DNA of 64,000 nucleotides from a virus (Duplodnaviria; Caudoviricetes): IMG/VR virus record IMGVR_UViG_3300042288_001626; one strand, 5' to 3'. Shown piece by piece: positions 43,885 to 54,005 of this stretch (position 1 is its first letter; each line of letters starts with the position of its first letter). The notes under the pieces were generated by a model. It saw only the letters and a program-made list of their open reading frames with translations, ran no database searches and was not told where the DNA came from. The position numbers and the translations under genes were made by a program.

Positions 43885-45927
43885 TTACAGATTGATTGTG
43901 TTGTCGACGTACTCACTCAGTTCGCTGTGATGATCAATCACAATGACTTGTTTAAATTTGCTGCTCTTGCCTAGGGTCTTGATGATCTCGAAATATTTTT
44001 TAGCATTTTCGTTATTCAACCCGTAGCTGCCTTCGTCAATAATCATAAACGGAAAAGCTCCGACAAACATGTTATGTAATGCTAAACGCAAGCTAAACCC
44101 TACCATAACTTGCTGACCGCCTGATATAGCAGGCAGCTGGAGGCCCTCAGCATTAAAAACATCAATACCGAAGGTTTCATTCACCTTTGCAGTGTATGGA
44201 AAGTCGAAGCTGGCGAGTACTTCATTCATGTACTCTGATACAGTCGAACTGTATGTCTGGATAAGTGCTCTAGGGAATTTGCCTGTATGAAACAAATCAT
44301 ACACACTCCTTAAAATACTGACATACTGATTGCGCTTTTTATTCTTCTCAGCATTTAAGTTACTGTCCTTCAGCTCCTGCTTGATGACCTTGATCTCTCT
44401 ATTGTTTTCAGCAATTTCAATTTCAAGCTTTTTGACCGCTTCTCTGGCTTTTTGAAACTCCTCGATTTTTGTGCGTATGTCTAGTTGCTCTGCAGCGAAT
44501 TGAGAAGAATCCTTGTCGTAAGCGGTTAATCCTGCTAGCTGTATCCTCAGCTTGTGTGTATCGTCGTCAATTCCGGAGATCTCATTATTTAGCAAGCTTA
44601 GCTTGCTCTCCCATGCAGAGTATTTTGCAATAACAGACTCACACAAATCGTAAGCCTCTTGATCGAATGACACGTCCGAGTAGCTGTTCAAGGCATTTTC
44701 TATAGTCTGTAAAGAGTTTTCGTAAGCTTCCCAAGCAGACAGATAGGCTGTTCTATCTTTTAACTCAAGCTGTACAGAAATCAGTTCTGCTTTTTGCTTC
44801 TGTCCTGCTGCGATGATAGGTTCGCGTTCTTTTTCTACATGAGCCACTAGCGCTGCTATATTTTCAACTTTCGTTCCGCATGTAGGGCATACTCCTGAAG
44901 CTAGTCCTGATTTTTCATACTCTTCAATTTTCTTATTTAATTCTACAACACTGCTTCGCTTGGCCTTCAGTGCAGCTTCAAGCTCCAGCTCTTTTTGCCT
45001 AAGCTCCTGAACTTGCTCCTTATCTACAGCTACCGCAGGCTTTACAAGAGCGTCTTTCTTAGACTGCCAACTTTGTCTTGCCTCATGTAAGCTTTTTGCA
45101 GCCTTTTGTTCGGCAACACAATCACGATACTCTTGAATGGTTATGAGCTGCATCTTGCTCTTGATAGCGTCCGCCGCTCCACTCAACAGCTTGCGCTGCT
45201 CTAGACTTTCCTCCAGCTGCTTGCTTAGTGCAGATTGTAGTTCTCCAGATTCTTCTACTTTAGCTAGATAGGCTCTTCTCGCAATATAAGAGTCGTATAG
45301 GTTATCGTCGATATCGTACTCAGCAATCTGCTCCTGCCCTAGCTCCACCAGCTTCTCTAGACATTGCAGGTCACTGTTAAGTGTCACAAGATCTTTAACA
45401 GGATACTCTGGAGGAGCATCCTTTATATATCCATTCCAGATAGTGTCCCTGAGCTTGGTTGTGTTTGGAACCATGAATATTTTCTGAAATAGCTTTTCTT
45501 TGGTGCTGTTGTCACCGTTAAACAGCAAAGCAATTTCTCCCTGGTTGGACACAATAACGTTTTGAACGATATTCTTATCTATCTGAAAGAGATTGTCCCA
45601 TATCTCATTAACTTCGGAAGATTTTTTGTATGTTTTACCTTCATACATAAAATTTACCTTGGCTGAGTCTATATGTCGTTCCAGCACTGCTTCCTTTTCG
45701 TCAATCAGCAGGTGACCTATAACATATCCGCTTGTCTGTCCTACAGTGAGCATGTCGGCTTTTGTCTTGCCGTAACCCTCGCCAGTAAGAAGAAATATGA
45801 TAGCTTCGACAATACTGCTCTTACCGCTACCATTACCTCCAACAATTCCAGTCACTCCAGAAGCAAACTCGAACACCGAGCTGCGGTGCGACCGGAAATT
45901 TTTAAGTACCAGTTTAGTAAGTTCCAT
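43885..45927 (-). CDS. sbcC: SbcC/Rad50/gp46-like SMC ATPase
   Basis: GGNGSGKS, coiled coils with CPTCG zinc hook, SGGQ, IIDEG, IDHH. Confidence 0.92.
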   Translation of the reverse strand: MELTKLVLKNFRSHRSSVFEFASGVTGIVGGNGSGKSSIVEAIIFLLTGEGYGKTKADMLTVGQTSGYVIGHLLIDEKEAVLERHIDSAKVNFMYEGKTYKKSSEVNEIWDNLFQIDKNIVQNVIVSNQGEIALLFNGDNSTKEKLFQKIFMVPNTTKLRDTIWNGYIKDAPPEYPVKDLVTLNSDLQCLEKLVELGQEQIAEYDIDDNLYDSYIARRAYLAKVEESGELQSALSKQLEESLEQRKLLSGAADAIKSKMQLITIQEYRDCVAEQKAAKSLHEARQSWQSKKDALVKPAVAVDKEQVQELRQKELELEAALKAKRSSVVELNKKIEEYEKSGLASGVCPTCGTKVENIAALVAHVEKEREPIIAAGQKQKAELISVQLELKDRTAYLSAWEAYENSLQTIENALNSYSDVSFDQEAYDLCESVIAKYSAWESKLSLLNNEISGIDDDTHKLRIQLAGLTAYDKDSSQFAAEQLDIRTKIEEFQKAREAVKKLEIEIAENNREIKVIKQELKDSNLNAEKNKKRNQYVSILRSVYDLFHTGKFPRALIQTYSSTVSEYMNEVLASFDFPYTAKVNETFGIDVFNAEGLQLPAISGGQQVMVGFSLRLALHNMFVGAFPFMIIDEGSYGLNNENAKKYFEIIKTLGKSSKFKQVIVIDHHSELSEYVDNTINL

Positions 45928-46210
45928 CGAATATTTCTTGGATAGATGTATTGATCAACTCCCTAGGCATGGTTGCAGGATGATGATTCGTATACGGAAG
46001 ACAATTACCGTCCCATTCTTTTGGAAGATTTCCAAGATCATGTAATTCCTCTGCAACTACATGTGTAGGAGCCTCACTACGCATGCTGTCGGCATGAATG
46101 CACATGATGCTGTTTACGGTGTTTTCCACAGTCTGCAAAGAATCTTCCTCAGGAGCAGCAACAATAAATTCTTTTTCTACAGTGATTTTATACAGTTTAT
46201 ATTTACTCAT
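45914..46210 (-). CDS. hypothetical protein
   Basis: LP..W....LPY pattern shared with 49259-49579. Confidence 0.5.
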   Translation of the reverse strand: MSKYKLYKITVEKEFIVAAPEEDSLQTVENTVNSIMCIHADSMRSEAPTHVVAEELHDLGNLPKEWDGNCLPYTNHHPATMPRELINTSIQEIFDGTY

Positions 46211-46213
46211 ACT

Positions 46214-46531
46214 TTATTCTTCGGTAATGTTTACTACGTTTCTTAGTTCAGTCACTTCTACGATTTTGTATTCTCGTTTAGGATGACGTTTGCTTAATTT
46301 TTTTATTTTATCGTTAAGCGCAGGCAGAGCGTAATCTGGATATGCGCCTGACCGTAGACGAAAGACACCTGAATGCCTTGAATACAGCCTCCAAGGAGTG
46401 AATGTCTCTGAGAGAATCTCTCGTCCACGAGAGTCTGTGGATGTAGCTGGCAGCTCAGAGTATTGAACAGAGAGCACCTTTGTTCTAAAAGCTATATGAT
46501 ACCTTACGGTAGTATAGTTTAAATGATTCAT
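46214..46531 (-). CDS. hypothetical protein
   Basis: Coupled ORF. Confidence 0.5.
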   Translation of the reverse strand: MNHLNYTTVRYHIAFRTKVLSVQYSELPATSTDSRGREILSETFTPWRLYSRHSGVFRLRSGAYPDYALPALNDKIKKLSKRHPKREYKIVEVTELRNVVNITEE

Positions 46532-47451
46532 AACAGCTCAAACGACTTCTCTTTCATCTTGAATTCAAAGTCTAGGTCAATCGTTTGACCGTAGGTGTCA
46601 GGCAGTTTTGTTGCATAATCGCTATGCTTTCTAGGATTTTTATTTCCAGGAATGCTTTCGCTATAATGAAACAACGGCACGTACGGTTTGGTTCTCCAGG
46701 TATCGTGAGCCAGCAGAAAAGCCTGCGCTTCCTGCGCGAAATACCCTGCACCTGGATTACATTTATGATGCAGATAATCAAACGTTATCGGTATTTCAGG
46801 ACTATCAAAATAATCAAACAGTTGCGCTACTGTCCAACCTGCCGGCTTGTCGTCATTCTCCAAAACTAAACGACTCGTAACATTTTCAGACAAGCGGCTC
46901 ATATTACTATAGAACAGATCGCGGACAGCTTTTCTTTGATCGTCAGAGACTGCACTACGATTAACATGGATATTTATCGGAGATTCTTTACTGAGAGGGC
47001 AGCCTATTCTCGTCATAAACCATCCCTGAAAATCGAGCTCGGATACTGTTCTAATCACCGCATCACTATTCTCGCTAGCCAATACATTGAATTGATCTGG
47101 GTGACTACTCAGTCTTACTTTGTAAGTTTCTCGAGTCTCTTTAATTTTATCAAAACCTTCAACAATCTCATCTATTTGAGGAAATTCCTCAAACACTATG
47201 TGAGCTTTTTCATAGGTCATTAGCGGGAATATATTGCTGCTTAACCTGTAGTTATGATTTCTAACTCCGCAGTACTCGATTGCTTTTTGAGTTACAAGAA
47301 GATTATTTAGTATAACATCTCCTAGCTTAACCAAAGCTTCCGCTCTCTCTAGAGAACTGAAGCGTTTATAAGTCATTGTTTTAAACTTAAGCGGAGGATC
47401 ATTTTCTTCCAGTTCAAGAACAATACAACACACACCTCTATTACGAATCAT
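46528..47451 (-). CDS. uvsE: UV damage endonuclease UvsE/UVDE
   Basis: YRLSS..FP, RLSSHPDQF.VL.S, NIH, LVLENDD, TFDYLHH, FHYSE, HSDY, DFEFK.KE. Confidence 0.92.
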   Translation of the reverse strand: MIRNRGVCCIVLELEENDPPLKFKTMTYKRFSSLERAEALVKLGDVILNNLLVTQKAIEYCGVRNHNYRLSSNIFPLMTYEKAHIVFEEFPQIDEIVEGFDKIKETRETYKVRLSSHPDQFNVLASENSDAVIRTVSELDFQGWFMTRIGCPLSKESPINIHVNRSAVSDDQRKAVRDLFYSNMSRLSENVTSRLVLENDDKPAGWTVAQLFDYFDSPEIPITFDYLHHKCNPGAGYFAQEAQAFLLAHDTWRTKPYVPLFHYSESIPGNKNPRKHSDYATKLPDTYGQTIDLDFEFKMKEKSFELL

Positions 47452-47669
47452 TACAAATAATTGTTTCTATTTTGGTTTTGCTCATCCCTATGATCAATAC
47501 TGTAGTTTGCTTCTACAACCTCACAAATAATACGAATCATTTCTGGAACTTCTAGATAAGTTCTGTAGCCGGCCTCATCATTGACTTCCTTGATTTTTCT
47601 TTGGATCTGTGGAGTTATTTTAGTTTGATCAATTTTTGTCATTTTTAAAAATGTTATCAACAAGCGCAA
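47451..47669 (-). CDS. hypothetical protein
   Basis: 72-aa coupled ORF. Confidence 0.4.
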   Translation of the reverse strand: MRLLITFLKMTKIDQTKITPQIQRKIKEVNDEAGYRTYLEVPEMIRIICEVVEANYSIDHRDEQNQNRNNYL

Positions 47670-47684
47670 TAGCGTTTTGTTTCG

Positions 47685-48269
47685 CTATTTTTTAAGCTTT
47701 TCTAGATATTCAACAAAAGCTTCCATTATCCTGCGTTCATCTTCTTCATCTCTATCGAACGTACGAGCTAGATCTGCCTTTAGCGTACTGAGCACTATGG
47801 CGATACTTTCTTTACCAAAGATAGCGGGCAGAGATACCGCGTTTATGAGTGCGTTATATACTCTAGCTGCCTCTAACTGACTTTGTGTTAATGCCGGAAC
47901 AACAGACACCGTAGGTTCAGAGACATGCTCCTCCTCTAAAGGCTTTTGTTTTTTTGGCTTTGTGTGGAATGTTAGAGTGAGTGACGCTTTGGTTTTACCT
48001 TTTTCCGTATATATGTAAAGCTTGCCTTGGAAGTTCTCCAGAAACACTTCAAGGTCTTCCAATCCGTCGTCTTCATAAGTCCTATACCACCTGTCTCCAC
48101 AGCAAGCGCAATCTGTGTCTGTAGCGCAGCCATCAAAGTATATACCCACACTCTCTGCGATGCTATTTGCTTCTTCAGCGCTGCTAGCTTCAATGATTAC
48201 TACCTCGTCAACGTCTTCATTCTGGATATAGTCTCCTCCTGAGTTATTTTGTTGGTATTTGTAGTACAT
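47685..48269 (-). CDS. conserved phage protein (QNNSGG / DC.CCGDRW family)
   Basis: Motifs YQQNNSGG, IIEA.S.EEAN, GIYFDG, DCACCGDRW. Confidence 0.7.
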   Translation of the reverse strand: MYYKYQQNNSGGDYIQNEDVDEVVIIEASSAEEANSIAESVGIYFDGCATDTDCACCGDRWYRTYEDDGLEDLEVFLENFQGKLYIYTEKGKTKASLTLTFHTKPKKQKPLEEEHVSEPTVSVVPALTQSQLEAARVYNALINAVSLPAIFGKESIAIVLSTLKADLARTFDRDEEDERRIMEAFVEYLEKLKK

Positions 48270-48297
48270 AGATTTTTAATTAAATTATTTGTCTAGA

Positions 48298-48591
48298 TTA
48301 AAACCGGGATATTGGTTCTGATGTGTACAGCGTTATTGTTTTTCTTGTTTCTCCTAGCACAGAGCAAAGAATTACTGAGTGCGGCTCATAACCTTCCGAA
48401 TCTTCATAGGCATATATTCTGTGGCGTTTCCCGTCAAGAACAGCTATAAGCTCCTCACACTCTTCCCTGCTTAATTTTACTTGTGTATCTCCGCTTTGAA
48501 TTGTGAGCGTTTCAAGGAACTTTTCAGGATATAGATTGAATCCTGCTGCCACTGTAAATTTTTCAACAGCAACTTGATTAGATATCAGCAT
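48298..48591 (-). CDS. hypothetical protein
   Basis: 97-aa ORF. Confidence 0.45.
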   Translation of the reverse strand: MLISNQVAVEKFTVAAGFNLYPEKFLETLTIQSGDTQVKLSREECEELIAVLDGKRHRIYAYEDSEGYEPHSVILCSVLGETRKTITLYTSEPISRF

Positions 48592-48713
48592 ATTATTTTT
48601 TAAGGCACTCGCAACGCGTTCCTGTCGAACAACCAGCCAGCTTGGATTGCAGATAGAAGCCTCCGCAGGTGATAACTACCAAGCAAGTAATTATAAATAA
48701 TATTTCTGCAAAT

Positions 48714-49076
48714 TTATGTTTGTCCATATTTTGATTTTTTACTCTCGGTTGTGTTACCGACTACCTTAAAAGATGCTGCGTAATCTGCTAGATCACTGAA
48801 TGTTTCAAACGCATTAGCGATAACTACAACAAAACAAGCAAACTTTTCGCTATATTGCACTTCGCCAACAAACTTCACGCCATCATCTTTATAAGCAAAC
48901 TCTAACAGATCCCCTTCGTAGATATCGGTATCTCTTGAGTCTTTTAGTCCAGTGCTTTGCTGAACAGGATTATCATATTGATCTAAATAGCGATCAGAGT
49001 AATCAAAATAGCCTAATTGAAAATGAGTAAATCGGCCAAACTCTGGAATATAGACTCTAAATTTCAACGTGCGCAT
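48714..49076 (-). CDS. YopX family protein
   Basis: R.LKFR, QSTGLKD....IYEGD, VVGN. Confidence 0.85.
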   Translation of the reverse strand: MRTLKFRVYIPEFGRFTHFQLGYFDYSDRYLDQYDNPVQQSTGLKDSRDTDIYEGDLLEFAYKDDGVKFVGEVQYSEKFACFVVVIANAFETFSDLADYAASFKVVGNTTESKKSKYGQT

Positions 49077-49258
49077 ATCACTGATTATCTTAAGATGGTT
49101 GCTATTAGCAGGATGACAGATATTATAAAAGTAATTGAACAGATAATTGTGGTGGCGATAAATAATAGGCGCTCTTTCATATCAATCCTCCCATTTGCTT
49201 AGTATACGCAGAAAAGCCTCTTTAGCTGAGATGTTAATTAGTTCTTTGTGAGCCATGT

Positions 49259-49579
49259 TTAAATACCTTTACTAAGTTCATCGACTTCTTTTTGAAGAGT
49301 AGCGATCTGCCTCTTTAGTACATGCACTTTATCGAGGGTTTTTTGTCTTTCTATTTGTCTAGCGTCAAGAATGTCGCCTATCGTCTCATCTTTCCAGATA
49401 CTTCTAATTGGATAAGCGTCGATACACCAATTCGCAGGCAGGTCTTCTTTGCGAATTATCTCGTGCACAGAAAACACTGTACATTTGTTTCCACAAACCG
49501 CACTCACAATTAATCCAGCAGTACCTGAGTCGTCTGCTGCCACAACCCCATCTAAATGCACTTTGTATAATTTTTTCAC
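49259..49579 (-). CDS. hypothetical protein
   Basis: LPANW....YP; coiled-coil end. Confidence 0.5.
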   Translation of the reverse strand: MKKLYKVHLDGVVAADDSGTAGLIVSAVCGNKCTVFSVHEIIRKEDLPANWCIDAYPIRSIWKDETIGDILDARQIERQKTLDKVHVLKRQIATLQKEVDELSKGI

Positions 49580-49580
49580 G

Positions 49581-49868
49581 TTAACTTTTTCCTATAAAAA
49601 TATGCCAAACAAAACCGTTCACATGTATAGTCTTTAGATGAGTCAGCTGGTCAGCATTTTCAATCTCCCAACCTGTACCGTAAATTTCGAGGTTAATCTT
49701 CTCTGTAGGTTCGCTAGGATCTACAACCGCCCAAAGATACAGCTCAGACCCTTGGAATTCGATGTCGATAATATTTTCCCAAGCCCAGCGAGGCAGTTCA
49801 ACACTTGCTTCGTGCGGAGCGTCATGAGATCTGCTCCAATTTATAGGGTACTTATAGATTTTCTTCAT
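49581..49868 (-). CDS. conserved phage hypothetical protein
   Basis: IYKYP, Q....LWA.VD, .YGTG, VWH.F pattern. Confidence 0.65.
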   Translation of the reverse strand: MKKIYKYPINWSRSHDAPHEASVELPRWAWENIIDIEFQGSELYLWAVVDPSEPTEKINLEIYGTGWEIENADQLTHLKTIHVNGFVWHIFIGKS

Positions 49869-49897
49869 ACTTACTTCCTTATTCCCCAGCTGTCATT

Positions 49898-50116
49898 CTA
49901 TTTCCTTTCGTTCCAGATATTGATCAACCTAACAGGAATTCTATCTTTGTTCAAAGCACTCTCTAGGACTTCTGATCTAATATAATCCCAGGGGCCAGCA
50001 CATCCACAGCCTTGGCAAATAACATTAGCAGGTATTCCTTCTCTATCTTCTGTGCTGTGCTGAACGGTTAGATCGTTACCGCCACAAAAAGGGCATGGTT
50101 TTATGTCGTCAGACAT
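49898..50116 (-). CDS. Lar-like restriction alleviation Zn-finger protein
   Basis: KPCPFCGG...C.GCG..GP...WNER. Confidence 0.65.
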   Translation of the reverse strand: MSDDIKPCPFCGGNDLTVQHSTEDREGIPANVICQGCGCAGPWDYIRSEVLESALNKDRIPVRLINIWNERK

Positions 50117-50134
50117 GTTAATAAACTACAGAAT

Positions 50135-50671
50135 TTAAATGTTCTCGTCGAATTCTGACAAAGATACAAAATCTACAAACGAAAGCGTGAATTTTCCATT
50201 ACGATCAAACCCAGTTTCTAGATAATAGACCATTACGCAAGGATAGCTGATTTCATAATCTTCATTTAATTCCAACTCCACATCAGCTGAGTACTTGGGG
50301 TTGTGAATATATGTGACGTCATCCTCGTGTTCCTCTGTAGCTTCAAGAGACTTAAAGCCTAAAACCTCTACGAGTTTGGCTTGCTCAACCTCATCACATA
50401 TCTCTTTTCGATCTCTCTTTTCTCCTGCTGCCTCATGCACGGTCATGTAATAATCGAAGCTTTCTTTCACGTCAGGAGGCATGTTTCCCTTATCGCTCCT
50501 GGAAAGTCTGCTCCAGGCAAGGAAAGGTTCTAGTTTAGGTAGATCCTCTTCCTCCCAAATGCTTGACTCTTCCCAGTCCCCTTCTTCGTTAATCTTACCG
50601 TATAGACTGATGTAATTCTTCCAAGCCCAGAGCCAGTGTTCCTCTTTGCTTTTAAATAATTTTTTATTCAT
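50135..50671 (-). CDS. acidic hypothetical protein
   Basis: 178 aa, E/D-rich. Confidence 0.55.
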   Translation of the reverse strand: MNKKLFKSKEEHWLWAWKNYISLYGKINEEGDWEESSIWEEEDLPKLEPFLAWSRLSRSDKGNMPPDVKESFDYYMTVHEAAGEKRDRKEICDEVEQAKLVEVLGFKSLEATEEHEDDVTYIHNPKYSADVELELNEDYEISYPCVMVYYLETGFDRNGKFTLSFVDFVSLSEFDENI

Positions 50672-50874
50672 TTCTTTTTTTTGATTGCTCCTTCTACTTC
50701 CTCTAGAATAGCTAGGAATTGTTTGTCCAGCTGTCTTTGCGTATCATACAATAAAGCAAACGCGTAATACACTCCTTGAGTAGCTGCCAGCTCAACAGCC
50801 ATCTCAGATGTTCTTTGTAGCTCATCTTTGAGTGTATATCTTCCGTATGTAGTGTCTATGTTGGATATATTCAT
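50668..50874 (-). CDS. hypothetical protein
   Basis: Coupled ORF. Confidence 0.45.
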   Translation of the reverse strand: MNISNIDTTYGRYTLKDELQRTSEMAVELAATQGVYYAFALLYDTQRQLDKQFLAILEEVEGAIKKKK

Positions 50875-51186
50875 CTAATTATCGAGGTCGATGAACGCTT
50901 CTTGCTGTTCTAGTTGCTTTAATTTTTCGTAAACCTCGAGCGTAAGCTCGTCATTGTGTTGCTCGAAATCTACCCAATCCATTACCTCCTCTAGCCATGA
51001 TCTAAATCTAGCTATTGTCACCAGGGTATGGTCATTGTCTCCCCAGCTAAAAGGCGCGTCGTCAGAGAGTGCGTCAAATATCCAGCTCTTCCATTTTTCT
51101 GGAAACAACTTACTTAAAGGATATGCTGCAAGATTAACGACTTCAGGAATTTTATTGGTCATACTATTCTTCGAAAGGTTCAACAA
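50875..51186 (-). CDS. small acidic protein
   Basis: FSWGDNDHTLV; strongly acidic. Confidence 0.5.
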   Translation of the reverse strand: MLNLSKNSMTNKIPEVVNLAAYPLSKLFPEKWKSWIFDALSDDAPFSWGDNDHTLVTIARFRSWLEEVMDWVDFEQHNDELTLEVYEKLKQLEQQEAFIDLDN

Positions 51187-51397
51187 ACTTAATCAATTTT
51201 TTAAGCTTAATAAGCGTACAGTCTTCTCCGTCTGCAAGGTGAAGATTATCAAGCAATACCTCTCTTATGCCTTGCACCAGCTCGGATATTCTTGTCGCAG
51301 CTTCTGCTACGCAAGCGTTAGCTACTCCGTCGTCTGACTGGATGTCCTGAGATAAGATATAGAGTGAGTTGATGAGGATTTGGTCAGGAGTTTTCAT
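51164..51397 (-). CDS. hypothetical protein
   Basis: I.S.DGVANA...EAA.R..EL pattern. Confidence 0.5.
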   Translation of the reverse strand: MKTPDQILINSLYILSQDIQSDDGVANACVAEAATRISELVQGIREVLLDNLHLADGEDCTLIKLKKLIKFVEPFEE

Positions 51398-51424
51398 GGT
51401 AAGTTATTTAAATTCCAAAATCAG

Positions 51425-51688
51425 TCATTTTTGAGTGTATGTTCTCCTCTCGTCTGGTCCGGCTAGAGAGGCTACTTCATCACCTTCCGCATCAAGATAG
51501 TCTATTTCAGCGTCAATGCCCAAAGCCGACAATACAGCAAGCCAGCCACTATCTTCACAAGGACTACTGTGAACGTGGTGTAACTCAGTTTCACCGTTAT
51601 TTATAAACCAATCCGTTCCTAGCTCTGTACAGCAACCATCGCCACACTCGTAGCTATATGTTCGCTGTATTATCTTTATTTTCTTCAT
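51425..51688 (-). CDS. small protein with YECGDGCC motif
   Basis: ORF track. Confidence 0.5.
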   Translation of the reverse strand: MKKIKIIQRTYSYECGDGCCTELGTDWFINNGETELHHVHSSPCEDSGWLAVLSALGIDAEIDYLDAEGDEVASLAGPDERRTYTQK

Positions 51689-52025
51689 TGTTTGATTCGG
51701 TGTGCCTCCATTTACCTAGGGTTTTTAAAAGAGCTTCTGCTCTCTGTCTGGCTGTTGCGTGACAAACTGCAAACCTCCAATAATAGGGATATTCGCGCTC
51801 CTCGTTTTCTTTTTTAACTATAGAGCAAAGCTCTTCCTCAAACAGCATACCCTGCTCATAGTCTAGTAGCTGTTCCGCCTGATGTATTACGGTTAGATCG
51901 TCGCAGAAAGAGGGCAGTTCCCACGATGTCCAGTCTACTCCTCCGTAGGCCCACACATATACATGATCCTCCATGTACACACCAAACCATTCTGCAATCG
52001 CTTCGTTAATCTCTCGACCTGTCAT
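51654..52025 (-). CDS. phage ABA-sandwich-like protein
   Basis: IN.AIAE, P.FC.DL...H.AE, ATARQRAEALL. Confidence 0.55.
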   Translation of the reverse strand: MTGREINEAIAEWFGVYMEDHVYVWAYGGVDWTSWELPSFCDDLTVIHQAEQLLDYEQGMLFEEELCSIVKKENEEREYPYYWRFAVCHATARQRAEALLKTLGKWRHTESNNEENKDNTANI

Positions 52026-52308
52026 AGGTTCTTTCCTCCTCTTCTCTAACTTCCGAGGTAGTTAATTCTTTAGGGTGTTTAAAGAATCCCAGAGCAAATT
52101 CAACTCCAGGAAACTCCTCTACTTCCACTCCACACCAGCTGCTAGCTATATGAAGTTTAGCCACAGTATACTCCTTTCCTGCCTCTAGTAGGGTTTCAGC
52201 ACTTTCAATAATATTTTTAAACCAGAAAGGCCGAACACCTATAAACTCAATTTTGCTTCCTTTTCTAGGCCATTGTTTCATTATAAAATGTGCGTGAAAG
52301 ATGCGCAC
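52006..52308 (-). CDS. hypothetical protein
   Basis: L..GKEYTV...SW..V..EEFP...F...FF. Confidence 0.5.
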   Translation of the reverse strand: MRIFHAHFIMKQWPRKGSKIEFIGVRPFWFKNIIESAETLLEAGKEYTVAKLHIASSWCGVEVEEFPGVEFALGFFKHPKELTTSEVREEEERTYDRSRD

Positions 52309-52322
52309 CCCCTGACAATAAG

Positions 52323-52580
52323 TTAATTTTCGGAAACAACTTCGTGATGCTTTTTAATCTTCACAAGTTGCCAGTCGGCTGGACTGAGGTGTGTGAGTCT
52401 GAACTCTTCCTCAAGATGCTCCTTATCGTCCTGCAGCACGTCGTCATGATAGCCTATGAACACGCAATGCTGTCCTAGGTACAGAGGATCGATGTGAAGC
52501 CATTCATTAGGAGTTTTCCTGCTTCTGTATGCCCAGCAAAAGCAGGATTTGTCGTTTAGCAAATTAGTCGAGCTGCTCAT
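52323..52580 (-). CDS. hypothetical protein
   Basis: 85-aa ORF. Confidence 0.4.
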   Translation of the reverse strand: MSSSTNLLNDKSCFCWAYRSRKTPNEWLHIDPLYLGQHCVFIGYHDDVLQDDKEHLEEEFRLTHLSPADWQLVKIKKHHEVVSEN

Positions 52581-53382
52581 ATAAATCAGGGTGTATGGGA
52601 TTGTAAGTATCTACAAACTCAAAGAATTTTTCTCTTGTGAGTTTGCCTTCGTTGGTTTCGACAGCGTATGCAATAGCTTGTCCGTAAGGTCCACTAAGCT
52701 GCTCTTCTAAAAACTCAGGATCATCAAAATTAATGCGTCCGATGTCGTAGGAAATTTTTAAAAGCTCGTTCGGAGAAATTTTCCATCCTCGCTTTAGAAA
52801 CTTATTTACTCTAAACAATGCACACAAAGGGAAACCGCTGCCTACGTAGCGCAACTCTTTCGCAAGAATGGCTTCGAGACTATCTGCATTCAACACAAGG
52901 TTATCTGGAGTATAATAGTTTTTGCTGTGAACAAAATCAAAAGTCTTATGAATTTCTTCGACTGATCCGCAAAACCTAATTACTACCTGAATGCCTGACG
53001 ATAGGGTTATAGCATTTATAGAGAAGTTTATCGGTTGAAACATGTTTTCGTTTGTAACCACAGAAAACTTCTCTTTTGTTTTCCCTATGATAGAAGGAGC
53101 TATAGGAGCAGCAAAACGTACACCGTTGTCGACAAGCTCCAAAGAGTGATGTTGATTCCCAGTCAAGTCTGCGTAGTACCTAGCCAATTTAAAGGCTGTG
53201 CGCACATCACTAAGATATACATCATAATCGTGAACAGGTTCATCGAGGAGCATACTGCTTATACATCCTCCCGAAACAATCACATTTTTTCGTACCTCGT
53301 CTCTAAGCTGCTTGTTACCGATATGAGAGGTCCAGGCGCCTATTTTGTCTTTAATGTTTTTTGCAATTTCTCTCTTGTTCAT
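52564..53382 (-). CDS. nucleotidyltransferase-superfamily protein (polyA-pol/CCA head-like)
   Basis: VSGGCISS.L.....DYDVY (GG..DxD), SINAIT, FDFVH, R..KFLKRGW; start moved to ATG 53382. Confidence 0.65.
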   Translation of the reverse strand: MNKREIAKNIKDKIGAWTSHIGNKQLRDEVRKNVIVSGGCISSMLLDEPVHDYDVYLSDVRTAFKLARYYADLTGNQHHSLELVDNGVRFAAPIAPSIIGKTKEKFSVVTNENMFQPINFSINAITLSSGIQVVIRFCGSVEEIHKTFDFVHSKNYYTPDNLVLNADSLEAILAKELRYVGSGFPLCALFRVNKFLKRGWKISPNELLKISYDIGRINFDDPEFLEEQLSGPYGQAIAYAVETNEGKLTREKFFEFVDTYNPIHPDLYEQLD

Positions 53383-53401
53383 GTTGCTGGTAAGTTGAAT
53401 G

Positions 53402-54004
53402 CTACGTAGATATACACTCGTTAGTTTTTGTATTGTATAAAGACCACACCGCACTCTTACCAAAGGTAGAGTGTTCCTCGATTAACTTAAGCTCACTGTC
53501 ATTATATCGGAGACTATGAATATCCATAATCATGACATCGTCGGAAAAAGAATCATCAGAATACACAGAGTGGGTGAAGCTGAGACAGGTCACATCGAAA
53601 AAATCTGTATATAGCTCATACACACCAAAGACACCTTTCTGTATGTCGAGACCAGAAAATACGAAGTCTTCATCAATATCAAAAATATCCAATACTTCTC
53701 CCCAGGTACTCGTTACTTCGTCTTCGTCTAGAGCTGACAAATGTACCACTTCTCCAGCCTCATTCTTCACCTCTATGAATGTATTTGAATCTACGAAAGG
53801 TCCAAACTGATGAGCTATGTCATCGAGCTCATGCAGACTATTTTTGGGAAACTCTTCTTCAATCTCGGCAGGAGCCTGGGCTTCTTCGGAAATGTAACTT
53901 TGGAGATCTCCAGAATCACTAAAGTAGCGATATACTTTCTCGCTTATTTTACCTATATAGAACTCTCCGCCTAGTCCATGTAATGTTATTGTGTATTTTT
54001 GCAT
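53402..54004 (-). CDS. acidic hypothetical protein
   Basis: 200 aa; G.GGE..G, .KG.F pattern. Confidence 0.55.
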   Translation of the reverse strand: MQKYTITLHGLGGEFYIGKISEKVYRYFSDSGDLQSYISEEAQAPAEIEEEFPKNSLHELDDIAHQFGPFVDSNTFIEVKNEAGEVVHLSALDEDEVTSTWGEVLDIFDIDEDFVFSGLDIQKGVFGVYELYTDFFDVTCLSFTHSVYSDDSFSDDVMIMDIHSLRYNDSELKLIEEHSTFGKSAVWSLYNTKTNECIST

Positions 54005-54005
54005 A

